Positions 25,325 through 36,686 of a stretch of DNA of 64,000 bases are shown here, piece by piece (the stretch's first letter is position 1; the number at the start of each line of letters is the position of its first letter). Source of the stretch: Gekko japonicus (taxonomy: Eukaryota); the NCBI RefSeq assembly GCF_001447785.1, contig NW_015172610.1, positions 99,343 through 163,342 of the forward strand. The letters are read 5' to 3'. The notes beneath the pieces are model-generated. The model was not told the DNA's origin. It did no database searches and worked only from the letters and a program-made list of their open reading frames with translations. Position numbers and translations under genes: made by a program.

Positions 25325-25756
25325 GGTCCTGTTCATACGAGCCGTTTGGGCTGGGAGAAGGATGGATCAGGGCCGGAGCAAACGGGAGCGATCCCACAGC
25401 AACATCTGGGGAACGTCGTGCTTCCGTCTCCGATCCGTCCCATCCCGCCCATACAGCGCAGCAAAAAAGAACCACCTCCCTAGGTGGTTCTTTCGGATGG
25501 GCCGCAGCAAGTGCGGCCATGGGATCGCCGGTGCGTCCTTGCAACGGCGCATCCCCGGCTCCTGGCCGAACTGCGCATGTGCAAGCATGCGCAGTTCGCC
25601 AGGCTCCCCTTCGCACCATCGCATTTTCCCCGGCATCTGATCGTGCCAGGGAGCGATGCGCTGCGGCTGAGGGGATCTGTGGGATCCCGCTGCGGCGTGT
25701 CAAGTTTGGTGCAGCTCTGCTTAGCCGCGTTCCAGCCGTCTCGTGTGGCAGGGACC
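25325..25756. mobile_element. PIF/Harbinger-type MITE
   Basis: TIR ggtcctgttcatacg / cgtgtggcagggacc; 3-bp TSD tat; CpG-rich with palindromic core gaactgcgcatg...catgcgcagttc. Confidence 0.7.
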
Positions 25757-26008
25757 TATGTTTATATCCCAGCTGCTCAGGGTAGTGTGAATTGGTGGTT
25801 TCCATACAATGACGGCTTGTGCGACTTCCCTGTTGCTGGTGGAGCAGCAGATAAAGCACCGTGGCAACAGCTCTTCCACAGGGCCAGTTTCTCCACAGTT
25901 TCCATGCCGGCCTGCTTATATCTCTGAAAGCAGGCGGCTAGAAATTTACTTTAAAAAAATGAAAGCTGGGGATTCAGAGAGCCTGTTGCACATGTTGTTA
26001 CAACAGTA

Positions 26009-27611
26009 TCTCTCTTATATATAAAAGCCAAATGGTGGTGGCTTCTGTCCTATGGGGTGGCGAGATTGCATGCACTCCCTCAGCCATTGGCCCGTTGGCT
26101 GCCAGTCAAAACTACTGGTGTGCCATTGGCCGGATCTGCTCCTCTTCCCCGCCCACTCCCCTTTCAGCCACTGTGCTCTGTGTCAGAAGTACTCTGTGTC
26201 TCCCGACGAACACAGTTCTCTTGCTTAGCTCCTGTCTGGGACAAAGGTTTCCTTCAGTGGCTGTTGTCAGGAACTCATAGGGTTGCCAGCTCCAGGTAAG
26301 GAAGCCAGTTTAAGAAAGCCAGAGTTTGGGGAGGGAAGAGGGGAGGCCTCAGCTGAATAGAATGCCATAGAGGCCACCGGCTAAAGCATTCCAACTTCTC
26401 CCTCAGTGGCTGTTGGTAGGCAAGGGTTGCCAGTCTCCAGATGTGACCTGGAGATCTCCTGCTGTTACAGTTGATCTCCAGATGACAGAGATCAGTTCCC
26501 CTGAAAAAATGGCTGCTTTGGAGGGTAGAATTATCCCCTGCTGAGTCCTTCCATCCCCCCCAATGCTGCCCTCCATAGGATCCACCCCCCAAATTTCCAG
26601 GTATTTCCCTACTCAGAGCTGGGAAGCCTACTTTCCCCTCAGTGCCTGCTGCTGGTCAACCAAGCTTGGTTTCTGTCAGTAAAAGGGCCTTTACACAGCT
26701 ATTTTGGCCTTGGGGAAAAACTCATTGTGTCCTTCTACCCTGCTGACAGGCCCCTCCCCCCATGACAGCCAAGGCTTCAAAGCACAGTAGAGGCTGCAGG
26801 GGGGGGAGATGGAAAGCTGAACAGTGTGGGGGAAATGAAAGTAGATCAATGCTTGGCTGGGAAGGAGATAGGGTTGCCAACTCCAGCTGGAAAATTCCTG
26901 GATATTTGAGAGATGGAGCCTGGAAAGGGTGAGGTTTGAGGAGGGATGGGACCTCAGAAAGGTACAGTGCCATAGACTCTGCCCTCCAAACCAGCCATTC
27001 CCTCATGGGGAACCACTGTTGCCAATCTCCAGGTGAAGGCTGGAGATAATTCAGAATTACAAATGGTCTCCAGATGGCATTGATCCATTCCCATGGAGAA
27101 AATGGTGGACTCTGTGTCCTTATCCCCTGCTGAGATGCCCCCCCCGACAGCCAATGTGACATGGCAGTCAGAGCTTCAGAGCATGGTAGAGGCTGCAGGT
27201 GGGGGGGGGGAGATGGAAAACTGAACAATGAGGGGGAAATGAAGGTAGGTTGATGCTTGGCTGGAAAATAGATAGATTGCCAACTCCAGATGGGAAAATC
27301 CTGGAGATCTGAGAGATGGAGCCTGGAGAGGGTGAGCTTTGAGGAGGAGTGGGGCCTCAGACAGGTACAATGCCATAGACTCTGCCCTCCAAACCAGCCA
27401 TTCCCTCATGGGGAACCACTGTTGCCAATCTGCAACTGCTCTCCAGATGGCATTGATCCGTTCACCTGGAGAAAATGGTGGACTCTGTGTCCTTATACCC
27501 TGCTGAGGTTGCCATGGCAAATTGATGCTGAGTGCCCACGGCCTTGGAACTCTCCCAAAGCCTCTTTCTAGTGCTCATTGTATTTATTTTCACAATGGGC
27601 CTTATTCCAAG
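26009..27611 (+). mobile_element. Probable non-autonomous Helitron
   Basis: 5' A|TCtctcttatatataaaag; 3' subterminal hairpin gctcattgt...acaatgggc followed by degenerate C(A)AG|T; internal tandem duplication. Confidence 0.55.
26727..27507 (+). repeat. Tandem duplication of a ~380-bp unit containing a truncated MITE
   Basis: Units restart at tgtgtcctt...ccctgctga near 26727, 27114 and 27487. Confidence 0.85.
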
Positions 27612-28698
27612 TACTTATATAATTATATTCTAATGCCTTTTTTAAAAAAAATCAAAAAACCCAGTGGCTGGAGGAAAGAAATGGCTACCTCAGGGACAGT
27701 ATCAGGGAAAATGGCTGCAATGTAAGAGGGGAAATCTGAAATTGTCCACTCATACAGAAACCATCCAGGCATTACTGTGATCTTTTCCAAAGTCTACCAT
27801 TGTCACACTGTGGGCAAAACTAGCCACTCTTTTGCCCCCCACCTTTGGACACCACTACCACTTTGGGTAAAATCCAGCCCCCCCCTTCCCAACATGGTTG
27901 TCCAAAGATACCCTCACAAGGGTATCATTTTAGTAGCATGCCAAGGAGCCAGGCAGGTGGGTAAGAACTTTAGCAGACTCTCAGGTTAAGCAAAAACTTT
28001 ATTTCTAAAACTCAGGGTATTGCAAAGGACAGGCTGTAGCACACTACAGAAAATAAAGACAGGCTCCAACTAAAGTACTTACAATATAGGTTGCATATGA
28101 TCTGGGTAGATGCAGAATGCTGCCCCTGCCCTAGTGCATTGCATCTCTCTTAAATGCCATGCCCCTCTGTCATCCTTCATAGCAAAACACAGGCTCCCCA
28201 AAGTTCCTAACCAAGAGGGTGCCAAGGACACCTCAAACAAAATAACAGTTCCACTTTTCAGACCCCATCCCCATGTTTGCTCTGGGGTCTTTGGCCAATC
28301 TGGCTGATAAGCTTCAGTCTCCAGCCCACCAAATCTGCACTTTCTAATCAAGATGTATTAATGCATCTCTTCCAGCTGGAAAGGATGCCCTGTTCCAGCA
28401 AAGATAATCTTTTCCTTTTCTTCCTAGTCATGAAGACACCTGGACCTCTTTCCATCATCTAACTGTCAAGGCGCACACACACACCGCCTCACCTCTCCTC
28501 AGTACACTTACACACAAAGCATGTTTATGAAAGATTGGAGAAAAGCTGGAAAAACCCCAGGAGATGCACAAAAGCACCATGATGTTATGAGGAAATAGGA
28601 AAAAAACATGCTTCCCCTCAGCATTGAACATGGTGCAGATAACCCATGTGGCAATGGCCATCATCCTTCTGTTCCTTATTTTACTTCTGTAATAATAA

Positions 28699-29045
28699 GG
28701 AGCTGCGGTGGCTCAAGTGGTTAAGACGCTGAACTGCAGGCTGTGGAAGGTTGGTAGTTCAGCAGTTCGAGACCCAGGTGCCGCATGATGGAGTGAGCTC
28801 CCATCTCTAGTTCCAGCTCCTGCCAACCTAGCAGTTCGAAAGCAAGAAATTGCAAGTAGATAAATAGGTACCACTTCAGTGGGAAGGTAACAGCATTCCG
28901 TGCGCCTTGGTGTTTAGTCATGCCGGCCACATGACCACGGATACGTCTTCGGACAGTGCTGGCTCTTCAGCTTTGAAATGGAGATGAGCACCGCAACCCT
29001 AGAGTCGTATTTGACTGGCTTTCGAGCAAGGGAACCTTTACCTTA
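28699..29045 (+). mobile_element. Sauria SINE
   Basis: tRNA-like head ggtggctcaagtggttaag...gttcgagaccc; tail gggaacctttacctt. Confidence 0.85.
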
Positions 29046-29124
29046 AAGTAAAAGGCCGATAAGGTGAGGTTGAAAGTGTGACTGGCCTAGAGTTAGTCAG
29101 TAAACATCATGGCAGAATGAGGAT

Positions 29125-29391
29125 TAGGGTTGCCAGATTGCAACCAGCACCTCATGGGAGAATTTAAGGATTGGGGGGGGGACAGATGTACTGGCATCAT
29201 GCTGGAATGGTGACATCACATCTGGTGAAAACTGGCAGATATGTTATTGGATGCTCAAGGATTTGTATAAATTGTATAGTTTTACCATAGAGTGTTTACA
29301 AATCCTAGGCAGTGCACACCCCGACCCCTCAATTTCTTCCAGATTGGTGGAAGGTCTGTATTGTGAGAGGTCACTATAGGGAGCAGCCCTA
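29125..29391. mobile_element. hAT (Blackjack-like) MITE
   Basis: tagggttgcca...gcagcccta; TSD atgaggat / gtgaggat. Confidence 0.65.
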
Positions 29392-29527
29392 GTGAGGATT
29401 TGAACCATAACATTCTAACCACATTTGCTTAGATGCCTTACATCCTGTACCCCAAGATGCTTCAGTCACTCTAAGCAGAATCTGTCTCCCTTTCTCTCCA
29501 TTCCAGGATCAAAACTGCATCCCCCCT

Positions 29528-29585
29528 CCACACACAGACACACACACACACACAGAGAGAGAGACACACACACACACACACACAC
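29528..29585. repeat. (CA)n/(GA)n microsatellite
   Basis: Directly visible. Confidence 0.9.
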
Positions 29586-29607
29586 GTCCAGTCTTGAGAA
29601 AACATAG

Positions 29608-30124
29608 AGGAATTTCAGACAGGCAATATATTCCGGAAGAGGAACAGTTCCCAAATGGTTTCTGGTCTGTCATTTCAGACAGAACCGTTTGAGAACCGGT
29701 TCCCTTCTGGAACATATTTGTCATTTCATACACAATCGCTTCTGTCCCGTTTAGGAAACAGGGCTGAAGTGTTTTACATGTCAACCACTTCCAAGTACTC
29801 CTCGGTTTCCTCTCCCGGTTCCGATGCACTTTTTCCTGTTGTTTTTCGCTCGCGCAGGCGATCTCTGGCTTTTTTTAATTAAAAAAACATTTGCTTTATA
29901 GCGCTGTAGCGCTATAATGGAATAGCATTATATCAATCCCATTGGAATGCATGGAGTGTTTTGTTATACTGCTATAGCGCTCTAAAGCGAACGTTCAAAA
30001 AAAAAAAGCCGGAGATCGCCCGCACGGGCAAAAAACAGCGGGGGAAAAGCGGTGCAGTCTGAAATGGCAAACCGCTTCAGATCCAGCTCTTTACCGGAAG
30101 GGGAAAGCCATGTGTGAAATGGCA
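29608..30124. mobile_element. Foldback MITE, Harbinger-like
   Basis: atttcagaca / tgtgtgaaat ends; long internal inverted arms around ~29935; TSD not resolved. Confidence 0.5.
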
Positions 30125-30729
30125 GCCCTATACCAGTTCACTTCAAAATGGATCATTACCATCTTGAAACCGGGTGAAACTGGGTAATGTGAAATTCCCC
30201 ATACACTCTCCCGAAGAACCCTTAAGGCCCACTGAGGTGGGTATTTACAGCATCACCATTCTTCTTGTAATGCAGGATAGATGGAGCCACAGTGATCAAG
30301 ATCTAAGCCCACTACACTATTTACAAAGGCATATCAGCCATTGCCAGCTTCTCTGGTTCAGTAGCCCTTGGAGAAATCTGAAATCTGTTTAAATGGTCTA
30401 AATTAAAAATAATAAACAATAAAATAATAGTAAAATACTCCATTGTTTGGGGGTTTAAAACTTTTTTACTAAATATCCAGCACATTTACCTCTAATTTGA
30501 TAGGAGTTTAAGCAATTTGAGTGGTTGATAACTTCAGGACATAAATAACTTGGTCCTTTGTCTCTCTCTCTCTTCTTCCCATCTTTAGTTTTGAGTGCAG
30601 TGTATATCAAAGGTATAAACTATGTATTGTGTTTATTTTTTTCCACTTCAGAAAGAAGGCTGGTCCTATCACTGAGAAGGTCTGCACTGAGGAAATTTCT
30701 AGGCTGTTTTCATTTGCAGCAGATTCACA

Positions 30730-31033
30730 TAGGTAGCCATGTTGGTCTGAAGTAGCAGAACAAAGTTTGAGTTCAGTAACACCTTTAAGACCAACAGAGT
30801 TTTATTCAAAGTATAAACTTTTGTGTGCATGCACACTTCTTCAGATACAATGAAATGGGAATTACCAGTCCATACATATAGGTAGAGGGTGAGCAGTAAA
30901 TTAGCATACAACATAATGAAGATGTTTAATTCAAAGTATAAGCTTTTGTGTGCATGCACACTTCTTCAGATACAATGAAACAGGAATTGCCAGTCCATAC
31001 ATATAGTAGTAAATTAGCATACAACATAATGAA
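30730..31033 (-). mobile_element. Penelope-like element terminal repeat remnants, tandem, with degenerate hammerhead motifs
   Basis: gtagccatgttggtctg...cacctttaagaccaac...gcttttgtgtgcatgcacacttcttcagatac resembles reptile Penelope ends; duplicated; continues after 31568; further remnant near 31873-31947. Confidence 0.65.
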
Positions 31034-31565
31034 GGCCCCGGTCACACGGGCAGGAAACTGCAGAGGAGAAGCGTGGCTGTTTGCCCTGGGGCAAACTACT
31101 GCGCAGTTACGTGATCAGACCTCCTGTGGAGGTACCGTGGAGGTACCGTGGAAGTTCCATGGCAAGGGAGAGGTGCCAATCACAGGACAAGCCGGCGCGC
31201 AACGAAGAAGCGCGCGCCGCGGCAAACTGTTTTTTATTTTTGTGTACATGACAAATGCGCATGATCCGTTGGGTGCGCATGTGCATCCACAGAGACTTGG
31301 ACAAAAAAAAAACACCTTATTTGCAAGGGGACATGGGCGGGCGCCGGATGCCACCGGAAACGCGATCAGACGCCCGCCCTTGCCCCGCAGTTTCCGGAAA
31401 CTAGTACCTCCAAGGTACTAGTTTTTTGCCACGCAGTTTCGGCTGGAAGCCTCGGTTGAGCCACGGGAGTGCTACGCTTCCCAGATGTGCTGGTGAGATC
31501 GCGCCCGGAAACTCCGGCTGTTTTCCGTCTCACTTGTGTGGCTTCTGTTACGTGTGACCGCAGCC
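31034..31565. mobile_element. PIF/Harbinger-type MITE
   Basis: TIR ggccccggtcacacg / cgtgtgaccgcagcc; 3-bp TSD gaa; the empty site cataatgaagatgtttaa is preserved in the upstream tandem copy. Confidence 0.8.
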
Positions 31566-33972
31566 GAAGATGTTTAACAGAATAAAGGACCAAACAAGAA
31601 TAACAAGCTTAGTTTATATGGTTACCATTTGTTTGGGTTTAATTGTGGGGGAAACATAGCGAAGGAAATAAATATGTCAAAATTGGAGATTGATGTGTAA
31701 ATATACCCTTCTTAATTGTGGAATGTTGAGAGTAATTAACTGAGACCCTGCCATCATGCTCCATCTGTCTCCTCTCAAGCACGGAGGTGACCTTACAGCA
31801 TCTTATACATCTGGGTGGCTTATATTTGTTATTGAGTGACTCTTACAGCATCTTTTTCTTTGAACTGGGGCAACTGAAGTACGCATGCACACGGAAGCTT
31901 AAATCTTTGTTGGTCTTAAAAGTGCCACTGGCCTCAAACTTTGTTCATTTGCAGCAGTTAAGAAATACTATTTCTGGAATTCTGACCGAACACATTTCAG
32001 ATCTAGGAAGTGTTTCTTCAGGCTCCTCTGGTGTTTGCTGAATCTATACAGATTATAGAAGAATTATTTAGTTCAGGATGATTTCCCCAGTGAACCATCT
32101 CTCAACAGAAAAGGTACTCGCCTCTCCCTGTGAAAATTTCTGTTTTGCCAGTTGTGTGTGTGTGTGTGTTGTCTGATCTTGAAATATGAGTTTAATTTAC
32201 AAAAGCCACATTTAAAATTGTTTCAAGTTAGGAAACACACATGCTTTGAACTAAAAATGAGGTCAGAAAAGGAAGTTTTATTATTTGACACAAAATAATA
32301 TCTGCCATTTTATACTTCAAATTGTTTTTGTGACTTTTATCTTTTTACTATAACCATTCAGTGCCTTTCCCAATAAATAAATACAAGTGAAAACTCTATA
32401 CCATTTTGTACAGTGATAATAAGCTGTGACAGTATTGTGTAAATTTCTTTGAATATATGATAGACATTTATGTGCTGAAGCAGTGGAGCAACTTTCGAAA
32501 CTGTCATAAATTAGGACACTTCTCATTCTCTTTCCTTTTGCCTTCTACAGTTTCCTAATTATTTACAAATTATTCTTGTGACATGCTACTTTTCTAAATA
32601 ATTTCTTTGAACATTCAAATTGACTGTCCAACAGATAGTTTTAGACAAAGGCTATTATCCCATGTTCTTTTACTATGTTTTATGCTGGTGGAAGATCAAA
32701 CACTGGAAAAATGGGTCCAATTTTTGCTGATTTCCCCTTCAACTTTTACTTCACCTCCATGCTCTTTCTAGGAGTCCACTGACCCCCCCAGAGACATGAT
32801 TTCAGGGGCAGAGGCTACAGTGGGAGGTGGAAAAGTCCAATTATGCAAGACCTGTTCTATGGGCATTAGCTAGGAACTGCCTCACTGGCCTTTTCTCTTC
32901 CCATCTCCACTGTGTTTCTATACATTTCAGCTCCTTTGGCTCCCATCACTTCAGCTTCCTCCTCACTCTATAAGCCAGCTGTAAGAGATGAAGCAACATT
33001 TTAAACACAACAGTTAGAAGAACAGCTTACTGTCTCTTGAAATTGTTCTCAACTCTCCTCAAACATCTTCCATAATGCTAAACTGTCTACCTGACAATAA
33101 AAAACATGCTTTCAGCTTGGGCCTCTGCAGCATTTCTAAATGGAAACTTGCCAGAAACTTGCAGCTGCGGTATGGCTGCTGGTCCCCTTGGCAACTCATG
33201 TAACTTGTAATGTGGACTTAAGTCTAGGAGTACACCAACATGTACATTTGGGGTTCTTCTAAGTTTCTGAAGTTTGTATTATGTGTGTGTGTGTGTATTA
33301 TGTATTTTTAAATACACACACACACACAAATAGAATTCTGGGGTTTTTTAAGTCTGTATTATAATGGTTTTATGATTTTATAGCTGTTTAATTTCTCAAT
33401 GACAAATTCAGTTTTCAGTAACAAATTATGTGTAATTCGCCTCTTTGTTTGCTATTGTTCTTATCCAGTTATTCTTACTGTTCAGTCATCTGAGTCATTC
33501 TCAGCTGTTTCCTCAGCTGTTAAAAGATTAGTTTCCACTTTTAGAACTACATTTGAAGCTCTCGGGGTATGGCTCCCTTGGATGGAGAGAGCACTGGGAT
33601 CTTATGGTGTACTTGTAAGCACTGGAAATATACAAGAACCTAAGGGGGCCAACAGCAGGCAGTAAGTCCACTATCCCAAGTCAGCTCCCCCAGAAAGAGA
33701 GAGGGAAATCTTAAATCATGGTGCTTCCACTAGCTCACAGTACTCTGTCCATTTCTCTTTGTGCCACCAGCTCTTTTCACTCAATACATTTGGGGGTCTC
33801 CAACCATGCATACCAGGAGTACATGCTACCCACAATACTCCCATATATGCACTGTCACCATTTTGTCTAAATAGGGCACCACATATATATTTTCTGCTTC
33901 AGTCAAAAGCAGAAAACACAGTGTGCCCTATTCAGATGAAATAGCAGCCATGCATATCAGGAGGGTTGTGGG

Positions 33973-34180
33973 CAATGTTCCCTCTAAGCTGTGGAGTCTT
34001 GTGAGCAAAAATTCTACTTTGTGAGGTACTGTCATTAAAGTTGTGAGCGAGTGATTTGGCTGCTGCATAAATTAGTTTGCTCTGGAGCTCCATCCTTCCT
34101 GAGCGAAGACAGAAATGTGTGAGCTGGAGGCTAAAAAACTGTGAGCTAGCTCACACTTTCTCAGCTTAGAGGGAACACTG
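33973..34180 (+). mobile_element. hAT MITE
   Basis: TIR caatgttccctctaagctg / cagcttagagggaacactg; perfect 8-bp TSD gttgtggg. Confidence 0.85.
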
Positions 34181-34744
34181 GTTGTGGGTAGTTTAAACTT
34201 CTGGTATACTCAGTTGGATACCCCCAAATATAACAACTGAAAATAACAAAACATGCCATGTTTGTTAGTTCTCTTCTTGTCATTCATACATATGTACTTG
34301 CAATCAGCACCGCCTCCTCTCCTTAGCTGGAAGGACTAATCTTTTCCAAGCCCTTTTGCTTAACAAAGCTATCAAGGGATTATCTCCTAAACATCCATGA
34401 GCTATCTTGATTCATTACCATAACAAAGGGATGATCAGCCTGTGTTTTCTGCACTAGTTAAATACCTACGTTTAACCTGAGAATACTGAACAACGTGTGT
34501 TATTATTACCATTAAATCATTATCAAAATGTGTTTATTCAGAAAACTACTGTGATTTTGGACAATGTGTTAAAAGAAATCAAATGAACCCCAGCATTAAA
34601 ATCAAATCAGAAAAGTCCCAGAATTCAGGTGCATTCCTAGCTCAGACAGTGATCCAGTGCACAATGTCTATGAAAACTGGACATAACCACTACTCTGCAA
34701 GCACTCAATAGGATCCATTCCATTAGCCTTTCTTCTTTCCATCA

Positions 34745-36114
34745 GGACAGATAAATGCAGCGAAGGGGGAGTGGGAGGAAACAGACAGTGTGTGTATTTT
34801 GAGAGACTTACCTGAGTGCAAATAGCGAATTAACGAGTGCTTCGAGCCCGGGAGGTGGTTTGAAAGTGTAAACAAAATTGAAAAATGGCGGCATCCCGAG
34901 GAAAGTTTAAAGCGAAGCCTGGTAGTCAGAGTCTGAGGCCGGAAGAGGGAGCTGACGTCATGAAGCTGTTAGCGGATATGCTCAAGCCAGTGATGGATCA
35001 GCTTGATGGTATTAACCAGCAACTGACCTCGTTAAATCAAAACTTCGCTTCACAACAGCGACAGCTGGCAGAAATGGAAAAAAAGTGGAGCTGGTGGCTG
35101 AGAAAGTTACAGAGATGGACACCTCAAGCAAGAAGATGAAGAAAAGAATGGGTGAAGTGGAAACGAAACAAAATCTTCAAGAAAATCGTTTGTTGCAGCT
35201 GCAAATGGAAAAGGCTAATATGATTCTCAGGTTCCAGGGGGTTCCTGAGACAGAAAAAGAAGATTTGAAGAAGTCTCTGGGTGAGATTATCGCTCCAGTG
35301 ACAGGCTTGCCAGAGGAGGAAATAATAAAAGATATGGAGCCAGCTTATAGGGTTTACTCCAATTATATTTAAAAATAGCCTGCCTGGAGAGATTGTGGTT
35401 AGATTTGCAAGAAGACAGACCAGAGATGCTATATTAAAGGCAACTTCAGCAACTCCACTGAAATTTGGGAATACAATTATCAAGACTTTAAAAGACATTC
35501 CATTTGAAATTTGTCAGAAGAGAAAGAGCTACAAGGAGTTAATTACTTTTCTTCAAACAAACGGTATACAGTACAGGTGGGTGATTCCTGGATGTGTCAT
35601 CTTTAAAATCAACGTTCGAAGGGAGAAGATAGACTCCATCTTCAAAGCCAAGGAATTCTTGAAACACCAGCTGGGATCGGGGGAAGAATCTAAAGAGGAA
35701 GAAACTAAGTCAAGTGACTCAGTTGCCTCGAGAACGGATGAGGACTCTGCTGCAGAAGCGGGTGAGGGAGCAATGAAAACTGTATATGATTTTAGAGACA
35801 GAAAGCTGAAGTAAGGGCAGAAGGACTCTGATAAATGGCTCTTTGAAATAAAGAAGATGCTCAGAAAGTTCTCTCATCATAACTAATTTACTAATATAGA
35901 ACAATGTGAAAAACAAGAACTCTACAAGTATATTGTTTTACTAACTCTTTTAATACTAATATTAAGGTTAACATAAAGGGGGGTCTCCCACTCTTGGGTT
36001 TTAGTGTGGGTTTCTTTCCTTTATCCACAGTTGTAGTTCCCCTTCCTATATTTTTCTTTGTAGTTTATAGTCTTATTGAGAGAGAGAAAATACCCCTCCG
36101 GGAGTTTAAAAAAA
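34745..36114 (+). mobile_element. ORF1-only L1-derived (HAL1-like) retrotransposon, 5'-truncated copy
   Basis: Colinear with the reverse complement of 7978-9352; ends ggagtttaaaaaaa; no TSD found. Confidence 0.9.
34885..35814 (+). pseudogene. Disrupted L1-type ORF1p
   Basis: MAASRGKFKAKPGSQS...YDFRDRKLK*; frameshift in the A-run near 35080 and in-frame stop at 35370-35372. Confidence 0.85.
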
Positions 36115-36268
36115 TGTTTACCTTTGTTGGTGTGGTTGCTGCTGCCTTTGCAAATGCTTCTGTATAGAACTAGTACACATAATTTGCCTTTCTGAGGTGG
36201 TTACATGAGATGAGTATCATCTATGTTGACTTTACACCAAACAAGCACAGCAGCAACTCTCCTTACAG

Positions 36269-36686
36269 CCTTACCAGGAATATTACATGTAATGAACAGT
36301 GCTGAAGCTCTGTACATCCTGGAGGCTCAAAACAGCAATGGGAGAACCATGCTTCTTCAGCCAGTACAGGGAATCAAGGCTGACCCCCAAGTCCCACTGC
36401 AGAACAACCAGCTAAGAGTGACTGAGGAGTTCCAGAAGGTGGATGAAGAGCTGATAGATTGTGAAGTTATACAGTCTGCATCTGAAAAGCAAGAGGATGT
36501 GTCTGTCCAGGAACCTGCCAGCACTGAAGACAGTGAAAAGCTGGAGACAGCAAGTGTTTTGAAGCAGAAGAATAAGCTACAAACAGCAGCCAAGGAACAA
36601 GAATGTCTTAAGATCTTGTTTAGCCCACGTACCTAAGCAAAAGAAACTGAAGAAGGAAAAGCTGGAAGTGTGTGGACCGGAAAGAG
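36269..36686 (+). other. Exon-like segment of an unidentified gene, apparently frameshifted
   Basis: ctctccttacAG acceptor, AG|GTAAGA donor, long open E/Q/K/S-rich frame; 418 nt (3n+1). Confidence 0.3.

Noticed and set aside
25281-25927. Several overlapping 100-190 aa ORFs
   Set aside because: Explained by a GC-rich MITE lacking stop codons; no protein motifs.
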